Positions 9,508 to 17,176 of a stretch of 64,000 nucleotides of DNA are shown piece after piece. Source of the stretch: Myxococcota bacterium (GTDB lineage Bacteria; Myxococcota_A; UBA9160; SZUA-336). The number at the start of each line of letters is the position of its first letter. Position 1 is the stretch's first letter. The stretch lies in the NCBI GenBank assembly GCA_965247115.1, contig CBDFGR010000003.1, positions 224,001-288,000 on the forward strand, written 5' to 3'. Both the position numbers and the translations under genes were made by a program. Under the pieces are notes generated by a model, which made no database searches, had not been told where the DNA came from, and saw only the letters and a list, made by a program, of their open reading frames with translations.

Positions 9508-10783
9508 CAGGCTGCGGAGAAAGTGACTGGTTGAGGGGTGGTCCTTCCGACGAGGGGGTTCACCGGCCGAGGGGCGGGGCGCGATTCCCGGTTCGAACCG
9601 GTCTTGGGCTCCGCTGATCGCGGGGCGGTTTCGCACATGACCTACGTGGCCTCCAGCAGCTTGCGGATCCGGATCAGGTTGTAGGCTGCGGCCGTGAAGG
9701 TGAAGACCCAGCCGACCCGATCCGTGCCGCGGTGTCGGGTCTTGCGCATCAGCCCCACGGTCTTCATCCAGCCGAAGACCTCTTCCACCCGTTTGCGAAA
9801 ACGCTGACTCAGTTCGTAGCCCCGGTGGCGCGTCGTCCGCCCGTCGATCGCGCTGCGTCGATTCGTCGTGTTCTGCGCCACGTGTGGGGTCACGCCCAAC
9901 TCTCGAAGCTCTTCCACGAACCCCTTCGTGTCGAAGCCCTTGTCTCCGCCCAATGTCCTCCGACGCCCGCCTCCCAGACCTTCCACCATCTCGAGCGCCG
10001 CTTCGCGCTCCGCATATCCCGACGCCTGCGTGAGCTTCGCCGCGACCACCAAGCCGTTCCGGTTCTCCGTCACCACGTGTCCCTGGTACGCGAGTCGGGC
10101 GCCTTGGCCTCTCATACCGGCGAGTCGTGCGTCGGGATCCGTCGTCGACGCATGCGTCTGGTTGCTCCGCTTCTCGCCTCGGAAGTTCACCGTCGGGTTG
10201 CCCGGGTCATCGTCGTCTCTCCGTTCCTCGTCCTTCCGTACGAAGCTCTTCTGGCTCGCCCACGCCTCGATCAGCGTCCCGTCTACCGTGAAGTGCTCCA
10301 ACGACACCCATCCCTCGGTCTCGGCCTGCTCCAGCACTGCGTCGAAGAAGTGCTCGGCAATCTCGCCCTTGAGCAGCCGGTCTCGGTTCTTCGTGAACAC
10401 CGTGGCGCTGAACACCACCTCGTCAAGCTCCAGACCCACGAACCAGCGATACAGCAGGTTGTACTCCAGCTGCTCCACCAGCTGCCGCTCGCTCCGGATG
10501 GTGTAGAGCACCTGCAGCAGCAGGGCGCGCAGCAGCTGCTCCGGGGGCACGGACGGGCGCCCTACGCCTCTGGCGTAGATCGCGTCGAAGCGCGGCGATA
10601 GCCGCTGCAGCGCCGTGTCGACCATGCGCCGCATCGCTCGAAGCGGATGATCATCCGGAATCCGCGACTCCAGCGACACGTAGCTGAACATCCCGCCCTG
10701 AAGCGTCCCCTGTCCTCTCACGCCTCCCCCTTTGGGGCTCGCTCCCAAGGTACCCTTCGATGAGGAGTTTTTCAGCAGCCTGC
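9507..10783 (-). mobile_element. IS5-family insertion sequence, copy 1 (1277 bp)
   Basis: Terminal IRs GCAGGCTGCGGAGAAAGT / GCAGGCTGCTGAAAAACT (15/18); TA on both flanks; same sequence recurs at 57751..59027. Confidence 0.92.
9642..10721 (-). CDS. IS5-family DDE transposase
   Basis: GRPSVPPEQLLRALLLQVLYTIRSERQL N-domain; VDGT, GDKGFD and RKRVEEVFG catalytic motifs; GTG start after GGGGGAGG. Confidence 0.93.
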   Translation of the reverse strand: MRGQGTLQGGMFSYVSLESRIPDDHPLRAMRRMVDTALQRLSPRFDAIYARGVGRPSVPPEQLLRALLLQVLYTIRSERQLVEQLEYNLLYRWFVGLELDEVVFSATVFTKNRDRLLKGEIAEHFFDAVLEQAETEGWVSLEHFTVDGTLIEAWASQKSFVRKDEERRDDDDPGNPTVNFRGEKRSNQTHASTTDPDARLAGMRGQGARLAYQGHVVTENRNGLVVAAKLTQASGYAEREAALEMVEGLGGGRRRTLGGDKGFDTKGFVEELRELGVTPHVAQNTTNRRSAIDGRTTRHRGYELSQRFRKRVEEVFGWMKTVGLMRKTRHRGTDRVGWVFTFTAAAYNLIRIRKLLEAT

Positions 10784-10838
10784 TAAGCACGATCGCGGGC
10801 CAGGGTGACGATTCCGTAACACCTCGAAGCCGGAAACT

Positions 10839-10852
10839 GTCAAGGATCTGAC
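10839..10852. promoter_or_regulatory. Candidate enhancer (FleQ-box-like palindrome)
   Basis: GTCA-AGGATC-TGAC, ~140 bp upstream of the sigma-54 promoter. Confidence 0.45.
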
Positions 10853-10990
10853 TCTCGGGAGGCCCGTTCCACCGCGCTCGCGCGGTCTCTCAAGGCTCCC
10901 GAGCGGCTGCTCTTCCGCCGCGACCTCAACGGCTTCGAGCGCCGCGCTGCGCAGAAACGAGTGCCTGCTGAGCCGGAGCTCATGCCTCCA

Positions 10991-11006
10991 CGGCACCTGA
11001 CTTGCA
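10991..11006 (+). promoter_or_regulatory. Sigma-54 (-24/-12) promoter of fliA
   Basis: CGGCACCTGACTTGCA = GG-N10-GC, close to TGGCAC-N5-TTGCW; 66 nt before the fliA ATG, which has a GGAGG RBS. Confidence 0.7.
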
Positions 11007-11072
11007 CATGTAGCGACCTCCACACGGAAGCTGGACCTGGCTTGTTGCGCCCACGGATTCGGGAGGTCACTG

Positions 11073-11828
11073 ATGGAGGCACTGCTGCGGGAAGCGCGGG
11101 AAAACCATGACGGGATCCCGGCGGAGCTGAAGGAGAAAATCGTTCTTCAGCACACGCCGCTGATCCGGTACATCGTCAATCGAATTGCCATACGTCTTCC
11201 ATCGCACATCGACCTTGACGACCTTCACAACACGGGCGTGATCGGCTTGATGGATGCGATCGACAAGTACGATCCCAACAAGAATTGCAAGTTCAAGACC
11301 TATGCGGAGTTCCGCATCAAAGGCGCGATTCTGGACCAGCTGCGTTCGCTCGATTGGGTGCCACGGTCGATCCGCCAGAAGAGCCGTCGACTCGAGCAGG
11401 CCTACACCGAAGTGGAACAGCGACTCGGTCGTTCCGCAACAGAGCACGAGGTTGCCGGGTCGCTTGGAATCGAGCTCGACGAGTTTCACTTTCTGCTGAA
11501 CCAGGTCCGCGGGATCTCGATGATCAATCTGGACGAGCTTCGCTCCGGGGCCGACTCGGACCAGCCGATGCACGGCGACATCTTCGAGGACGTGAAGGCG
11601 GAGAACCCCTTCATCTCGTTGAAGTCACGCGAGATGCGCCAGGCGGTGGCCGAGTGCATCGGGATCCTGCCGGAGAAGGAGCGACTCGTGATTTCGCTCT
11701 ACTACTACGAGGATCTGAACATGAAGGAGATCGGAAACGTCCTCGGCATCACCGAGTCTCGTGTGTGTCAGATCCACACAAAGGCGGTCGCTCGTCTGCG
11801 CTCGAAGCTCAGAACACTGCTCACCTGA
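11073..11828 (+). CDS. fliA: RNA polymerase sigma factor FliA/WhiG (sigma-28)
   Basis: RLPSHIDLDDL, FKTYAEFRIKGAILDQLRSLDWVPRSIR, LYYYEDLNMKEIGNVLGITESRVCQIH. Confidence 0.95.
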   Translation: MEALLREARENHDGIPAELKEKIVLQHTPLIRYIVNRIAIRLPSHIDLDDLHNTGVIGLMDAIDKYDPNKNCKFKTYAEFRIKGAILDQLRSLDWVPRSIRQKSRRLEQAYTEVEQRLGRSATEHEVAGSLGIELDEFHFLLNQVRGISMINLDELRSGADSDQPMHGDIFEDVKAENPFISLKSREMRQAVAECIGILPEKERLVISLYYYEDLNMKEIGNVLGITESRVCQIHTKAVARLRSKLRTLLT

Positions 11829-11878
11829 CGCAAGGCGGCCGGAAGAGCACCAGGAGTGGTCCGGGCGGCGAAGAATGC

Positions 11879-11905
11879 TAAAGATGTTCGCGGTCTTCCC
11901 GATAA
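11879..11905 (+). promoter_or_regulatory. Sigma-28 promoter of flgM
   Basis: TAAA-N15-CCCGATAA versus canonical TAAA-N15-GCCGATAA. Confidence 0.75.
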
Positions 11906-11934
11906 CAGAGGGGACCTTCGCGAGGAGATCGGAG

Positions 11935-12138
11935 ATGCCAAAGAAGACCCGTGCGGACCTGATCCCCCCGGTCGAGGTCGAAGACCTCTACTCGCCTGAA
12001 TACTTGAAAGACTGCGCCGATGAGGAGGCGCGCCAGGGGCGTCTGGAAGAGCTGAAGCGCAGGATCGAGCTCGGCGCCTACAAGGTCGACCCCGACTCGG
12101 TAGCCCTCCACATGATGGGCCGCGTCGACCTGGACTAG
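11935..12138 (+). CDS. flgM: Short FlgM-like anti-sigma-28 factor (67 aa)
   Basis: RQGRLEELKRRIELGAYKVDPDSVALHM matches the FlgM C-terminal helices; adjacent to fliA; GAGGAG RBS. Confidence 0.75.
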   Translation: MPKKTRADLIPPVEVEDLYSPEYLKDCADEEARQGRLEELKRRIELGAYKVDPDSVALHMMGRVDLD

Positions 12139-12140
12139 TC

Positions 12141-12417
12141 TGCCTTGTGGGACCCGGCGCGCGAGCGGTCGCGCGCCACCCACCTCCGCTCAGGCCCTCG
12201 GCCTTCGCTGCGCGCGCCGCGTCCGCGGCGCTTGCCTTGTGGGACCCGGCCGCGGGCGGCCGCGGCCACCCACCTCCGCTCAGGCCCTCGGCCTTCGCTG
12301 CGCGCGCCGCGTCCGCGGCGCTTGCCTTGTGGGACCCGGCCGCGGGCGGCCGCGGCCACCCACCTCCGCTCAGGCCCTCGGCCTTCGCTGCGCGCGCCGC
12401 GTTCCGCGGCGCTTGCA
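12141..12417. repeat. Three tandem ~90-bp REP-like units between convergent genes
   Basis: Units start at 12141, 12233 and 12323 (TGCCTTGTGGGACCCGGC...CACCCACCTCCGCTCAGG...GCGGCGCT); same family as the arms at 267-358 and 612-735. Confidence 0.9.
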
Positions 12418-12465
12418 CGGTCGCCTCCACGCTGTACTGGCGCTTCTTCACGGGACCCGAAGACC

Positions 12466-13197
12466 CTAACCAGCCAGATAGACGACTACGGCGGTGGCGT
12501 TGTCTCGGCCGCCGCTGGCGTTCGCGGCGTCGATGAGGCGAGTCGCGGCCAGGGCGGGGTCGTGCCACCAGCGCGAGAGAATCTCGTGAATTGTCGGGTC
12601 TTCCAGCTGGGCGCTGATCCCGTCTGTGCAGAGCAATAGGGAGTCGCCCTCCTCGACGCGGAGCGCGCCGATGTCCGCCTCGACGGCGTCGACCACGCCG
12701 AGGGCCCGCGTGATCACGTGGCGGTCGGGGTGCTTGCGAGCCTCTTCTTCGGACAGCTCGTGGTGGGCGATCATCTCCCCTACCGTCGAGTGATCGCTCG
12801 TGAGCCGGTAGAGTACTCCACCTCGAAGCAGATAGACGCGACTGTCTCCCACGTTCACCAATGTCGCCGTAGGGCGGTCGATCCACACGGCTGCCAGCGT
12901 CGTTCCCATACCCTCGAGGTCCGGCGCTCGGTGGACGGCCTCGCGGATCTCGCCGTTCGCAAGCCGCGCGGCCCGGCGAATCGCGCTCGTTCGGTCCATC
13001 AGGGGGGAATTGTCGAGAGCGTCACAGAACGACGTGACGCCGATCTTCGAGGCGCGGCTGCCCGCCACGTGGCCTCCGAGACCATCCGCGACCACAAAGA
13101 GTCCCCTCTCGGGCAGATTGGCGAGAGAGTCCTCGTTGACCTGACGGGTACACCCTACATCGGTACGCCCGGCCGAGATGAAGCGAAAGCCCGTCAC
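12466..13197 (-). CDS. PP2C-family Ser/Thr protein phosphatase
   Basis: TDVG, NEDS, VADGLGGH, GMGTT, NVGDSRVY, LCTDG, GGRDNAT; start GTG 13197 (alternative ATG 13209). Confidence 0.92.
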   Translation of the reverse strand: MTGFRFISAGRTDVGCTRQVNEDSLANLPERGLFVVADGLGGHVAGSRASKIGVTSFCDALDNSPLMDRTSAIRRAARLANGEIREAVHRAPDLEGMGTTLAAVWIDRPTATLVNVGDSRVYLLRGGVLYRLTSDHSTVGEMIAHHELSEEEARKHPDRHVITRALGVVDAVEADIGALRVEEGDSLLLCTDGISAQLEDPTIHEILSRWWHDPALAATRLIDAANASGGRDNATAVVVYLAG

Positions 13198-13206
13198 CGC
13201 TTCAGG

Positions 13207-13233
13207 CATCGGGCGGCGGCCGCGACGCCTTGA
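13207..13233 (-). promoter_or_regulatory. Putative sigma-28-type promoter, leaderless, for PP2C
   Basis: Minus strand TCAAG(13233-13229)-N16-CCGAT(13212-13208), then 10 nt to the GTG at 13197. Confidence 0.55.
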
Positions 13234-13302
13234 CCGAGTTCGGGCGCACCAAGCGGTGAATCTGGTATCGTTCCGCGCCAAGCTGCAAGCCATCGTGACC
13301 AT

Positions 13303-13330
13303 TCAACCGATCACGCACTTCGACCGATAG
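13303..13330 (+). promoter_or_regulatory. Putative sigma-28-type promoter for romR
   Basis: TCAAC-N16-CCGATAG, ~54 nt upstream of the ATG at 13384. Confidence 0.5.
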
Positions 13331-13383
13331 ATTCAGCAGTAGCGGCTTCTTTCAGGCCCGAGGTGTGTGGAGGTTCCGGCCCG

Positions 13384-14625
13384 ATGCCCAAGACCCTACT
13401 CCTGGCCGACGACAGTGTGACGATCCAGAAGGTGGTCGGCATCACGTTCGCGAATGAGGACGTGGAGCTCGTGACGGCTCCCAACGGGGACGACGCGCTG
13501 CGGAAGGCGCGCGAGCTCAAGCCGGACCTCGTGCTGGCAGACATCGGAATGCCCGGGCTCGATGGCTACGAGCTGTGCGCGGCCATTCGCCAGGAGCCTG
13601 AGCTGGCGAGCATCCCGGTTCTCCTCTTGACGGGTACCTTCGAGACCTACGACGAAGAGCGCGCAACCGAGGTCGGTGCGAGCGCGTACATCGCCAAGCC
13701 CTTCGAGGCACAGGCGCTGATCGATCAGGTGAACACCCTGCTGAACGCCCCGCCGGAGGTTGGCGCCCCCGATCCGGAGCCAGGTGACGACGTCGAGGCA
13801 GACAGCCCCAGTGCGAATCCCCAGCACGTGCTTGGCGCCGTGCAGCTGTCTAGGGCCGGAGTCCACGAGGGCGGAGCCGATAAGACGCTGCCCTCGGCCG
13901 AGGCTCCCGATCTGCTGGAAGGTCCTCTCGGCGCTCCCCTACCCCCGCCTGCAGGAGCGCCTGCGCCTTCGTCGGACCTCAGCTTCGAGGACCTGGACTT
14001 CCAGGGCGCGCCCGCGGGCGAGTCTGGCTCGAACACTCAGATCTTCGGCGATGCGCCGACATTTGGCTCCGACTTGAGCGGCCGTGAGAAGAGCTCCACT
14101 CCGGAGCCGGTTGCCGAGGCGATGGACACGGACCACGGCTTCGACCACAACGGCGAGACGGCGTTTCTCGATCCGATGCTGCTCCCCACGAAGCCGGACC
14201 AGGAGCCGCTGGATGACACCAGGGACGACGCCCGTACCCCAGCCAGCAGCTCACCATTCGCGGGCCTGGACGCCGCCTCCGGCGCCGCCCTGGGGAGTCC
14301 GGACGAGACGGTGATCGACACTCCCGAGGTCTTACCGGATCCCGAGCCGCTGCAGACGATGAGCTTTCCGCCGGAGTCCACGCCCGGCGAGTCCGCTCTC
14401 CTGGACCAGGCTGCCCGCAGCGCGGGACCGCAGGCGCCGCTCGACCGACAGGCGATCTCGAGCGCGATCGAGAAGCTGGCCTGGGAGGCGTTCGGCAACC
14501 TCTCGGAGGAGCTGGTTCGCGAGGTGGTCAAGAAGGTCGAGTCGATTGCCTGGGAAGTCGTGCCGGTGCTGGCCGAGCGCATGCTCCAGGAAGAGATCGA
14601 CAAGCTCAAGGGCGGACCCGAATAG
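13384..14625 (+). CDS. romR: RomR-like polarity response regulator
   Basis: N-terminal receiver MPKTLLLADDSVTIQKVVGITF, long Pro/acidic linker, C-terminal ESIAWEVVPVLAERMLQEEI typical of RomR. Confidence 0.85.
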   Translation: MPKTLLLADDSVTIQKVVGITFANEDVELVTAPNGDDALRKARELKPDLVLADIGMPGLDGYELCAAIRQEPELASIPVLLLTGTFETYDEERATEVGASAYIAKPFEAQALIDQVNTLLNAPPEVGAPDPEPGDDVEADSPSANPQHVLGAVQLSRAGVHEGGADKTLPSAEAPDLLEGPLGAPLPPPAGAPAPSSDLSFEDLDFQGAPAGESGSNTQIFGDAPTFGSDLSGREKSSTPEPVAEAMDTDHGFDHNGETAFLDPMLLPTKPDQEPLDDTRDDARTPASSSPFAGLDAASGAALGSPDETVIDTPEVLPDPEPLQTMSFPPESTPGESALLDQAARSAGPQAPLDRQAISSAIEKLAWEAFGNLSEELVREVVKKVESIAWEVVPVLAERMLQEEIDKLKGGPE

Positions 14626-14756
14626 GCCTCGCACGGCCCGGGGCTGCGCACCGGCCCCCGCCAGGTCGCATCGACCAGCCGGCGTCTCGTATAGTCGACC
14701 CGAGTCCCAGCGCGGCCCGGAGCCGGCCAGGGGCGGGAGGCGTTCCTGTGGTACGA

Positions 14757-15599
14757 ATGCCCGAGCGCTCGTCGTGGGTGTGGCTGGTCGAGGCGGCACT
14801 CGCAGAGGATCTGGGACCCGGCGATGCCACCTCGCTCGCCGTCCTGCCTGACGGCCTGGCCGGGAGGGCGCGCATCGAGGCTCGAACCCCGACCGTGGTG
14901 TCGGGCCTGCAGGTGGCGGCCGAGGTCTTCGAGCGCAACGGCGCCCAGTTTCGGGCTGCCGTGGCCGACGGTGACCTCGTCGACCCGGGCGGAGTCCTGG
15001 CGAGCGTGGACGGAGGAGCGCAGGAGATCCTGTCGGCAGAACGGACCGCGCTCAATTTCCTGCAGCGTCTCTCCGGCATCGCGCAGCTCACGCACGACTA
15101 CTGCGAGGTCGTTCGCGGTACCCGCGCCCAGATCATAGATACGCGAAAGACGACTCCGGGCTGGAGGCAGCTCGAGAAATACGCCGTTCGGTGCGGAGGT
15201 GGTGGCAACCACCGCGTCGGCCTCTTCGACGGCATCCTGATCAAGGACAACCACATTGCGGCCGTCGGCGGCGTGGCAAACGCGGTCAAGCTCGCGCGCA
15301 CCAGAGGTGCCAGGGGCCTACGGGTACGTGCCGAGGTCGAGTCCCTCGAGGCGGCTCGAGAGGCGCTCGACGCGGGCGCGGACGCGCTCCTGGTCGACAA
15401 CCAGCCCCCTGCGACGATTGCCGAGATCGTAGCCCTCGTAAAGGGGAGGGTTCCCGTGGAGGCGAGTGGCGGCGTGACGCTCGCGAACGTCGCCGCGATC
15501 GCACGCACCGGCGTCGACGAGATCTCCGTCGGAGCGCTCACACACTCCGCTCCCGCCGCGGACATCGCCCTCGAATGGAACGCGACCTCTTCGGGCTGA
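14757..15599 (+). CDS. nadC: Nicotinate-nucleotide pyrophosphorylase
   Basis: ERTALNFLQRLSGIA, DTRKTTPG, NHR, LIKDNH, EASGG, SVGALTH. Confidence 0.95.
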   Translation: MPERSSWVWLVEAALAEDLGPGDATSLAVLPDGLAGRARIEARTPTVVSGLQVAAEVFERNGAQFRAAVADGDLVDPGGVLASVDGGAQEILSAERTALNFLQRLSGIAQLTHDYCEVVRGTRAQIIDTRKTTPGWRQLEKYAVRCGGGGNHRVGLFDGILIKDNHIAAVGGVANAVKLARTRGARGLRVRAEVESLEAAREALDAGADALLVDNQPPATIAEIVALVKGRVPVEASGGVTLANVAAIARTGVDEISVGALTHSAPAADIALEWNATSSG

Positions 15600-16369
15600 A
15601 TCTGACGACGCGCTGGGTCGGGACCTGGCTCGAGATCTACAGTGAGGTGGACTCGACCAATCTCGTGGCGGAGCGGCTCGCCGCAGCCGGTGCTCCCGAG
15701 GGCACGCTCGTGCTCGGGGATCGGCAGAGCGCGGGGCGCGGTCGCCTCGGCCGGAGCTTTCACTCGCCGGGCGAGCTAGGCCTCTACATGTCGCTGCTCC
15801 TACGTCCCGGGTCTCACGACTCGCAGCTGCAGCAGTACATCTTCCTCGCGGCGCTCGCCGTTGCGGAGAGTGCCACGGAGGCACTCCCGGACTCGGTCGC
15901 CGTCGAGATCAAGTGGCCAAACGACGTGCTCCTCGACGGGAAGAAGACGAGTGGCATCAACCTCCCGGTGCAGCTCGATGGCGAACGGGTCGGCTCCGCA
16001 GTGCTCGGGATCGGCATCAATCTGAACAACTCCGACTTCCCGCCGGAGCTCCGGGCTACCGCGACGAGCCTGCGGATCGCCGGCGGCTCCCCCGTCGCAC
16101 GCACTGAGTTCGCGGAGCGGCTCCTCCTCCGGCTCGAGCGCGGGATCGACGCACTCCGCTCCGAGGGGCCCAAATGGGTCTTGGAGGGCTGGAAGAAATT
16201 CTTCAGAATGCGGGGAGCGCGGGTGCGCATCGGAGGACCGGGCGTCAGCGGAGAGGTGGAGGGAGTCGTTACCGGGGTCGACTCGGACGGTGCTCTCCTG
16301 CTTCAAGCCGACGGGAGGACCGAGAGGATCCTGGCGGGAGATGTGACAGTGCTCCACAGAGAAAGGTGA
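15575..16369 (+). CDS. birA: Biotin-protein ligase (no HTH)
   Basis: DSTN, QSAGRGRLGR, KWPNDV, GIGINL. Confidence 0.92.
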   Translation: MERDLFGLNLTTRWVGTWLEIYSEVDSTNLVAERLAAAGAPEGTLVLGDRQSAGRGRLGRSFHSPGELGLYMSLLLRPGSHDSQLQQYIFLAALAVAESATEALPDSVAVEIKWPNDVLLDGKKTSGINLPVQLDGERVGSAVLGIGINLNNSDFPPELRATATSLRIAGGSPVARTEFAERLLLRLERGIDALRSEGPKWVLEGWKKFFRMRGARVRIGGPGVSGEVEGVVTGVDSDGALLLQADGRTERILAGDVTVLHRER

Positions 16370-16376
16370 AGCCGGC

Positions 16377-17150
16377 GTGCTGCTCTCGATCGACATCGGA
16401 AACACGCACGTCGCATTGGGCCTGTTCGGCGGTCCCAAGCTCGTGCACCACTGGCGGCTCGGCACAAATCCGCACTACACCTCCGACGAGGTCGCAGCCA
16501 TATTGCGCTCGCTCTTCGAGCTCGGCGAGGTCGACCGGGGGGAGGTCAACGACGGAATCATCTCCTGCGTGGTTCCTCCACTGCTCCCTATCTTCGAGCG
16601 CACCTGCATCAAGCTGATCGGGCAGCCGCCCCTCGTGGTCGGGCCGGGCACCCGTTCGGGCATGCCGATTCGCGTCGACAATCCGCGAGAGGTGGGGGCG
16701 GACCGCATCGCGACCTCGGTGGCGGCGTACGAGATACTGGGCGGTCCCGCGATCTCGATCGACTTCGGCACCGCGACGACTTTCGACTGCATCTCGGCCG
16801 AGGGAGAGTTCATCGGGGGGGCGATCTTTCCCGGGGTCCTCCTCTCCCTCGACGCGCTGGTCCTGGGGGCCTCCAAGCTCTCGGGCGTGGAGATCGTCCG
16901 TCCCCCAGCCGTAATCGGCAAGAACACCACACACAACCTGCAGTCGGGCATGCTGTTCGGCTATGCGGGCATGGTCGACACCATGGTGAGGCGAATCCGC
17001 GAGGAACTCGGAGCGGATGCCGAGGTCGTCGGGACCGGGGGGCTGGCAGGCCTGATCGCCACGGAGGCGGAGACGATCCGTCGGGTCGAGCCCTTTCTCA
17101 CTCTGGAAGGGCTTCGCTACATCTATGAGCGAAACCGGGAGCCCGCCTGA
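16377..17150 (+). CDS. coaX: Type III pantothenate kinase
   Basis: IDIGNT, EVGADR, DFGTATT, IGKNT. Confidence 0.95.
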   Translation: MLLSIDIGNTHVALGLFGGPKLVHHWRLGTNPHYTSDEVAAILRSLFELGEVDRGEVNDGIISCVVPPLLPIFERTCIKLIGQPPLVVGPGTRSGMPIRVDNPREVGADRIATSVAAYEILGGPAISIDFGTATTFDCISAEGEFIGGAIFPGVLLSLDALVLGASKLSGVEIVRPPAVIGKNTTHNLQSGMLFGYAGMVDTMVRRIREELGADAEVVGTGGLAGLIATEAETIRRVEPFLTLEGLRYIYERNREPA

Positions 17151-17176
17151 GACGGGAGCCGGCCGAGAGGGGTTTC

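Noticed and set aside
9732..10601. Plus-strand ORFs inside both IS copies
   Set aside because: Antisense shadows of the transposase
12141..12417. CRISPR array
   Set aside because: Units are ~90 bp and contiguous, with no unique spacers and no cas genes
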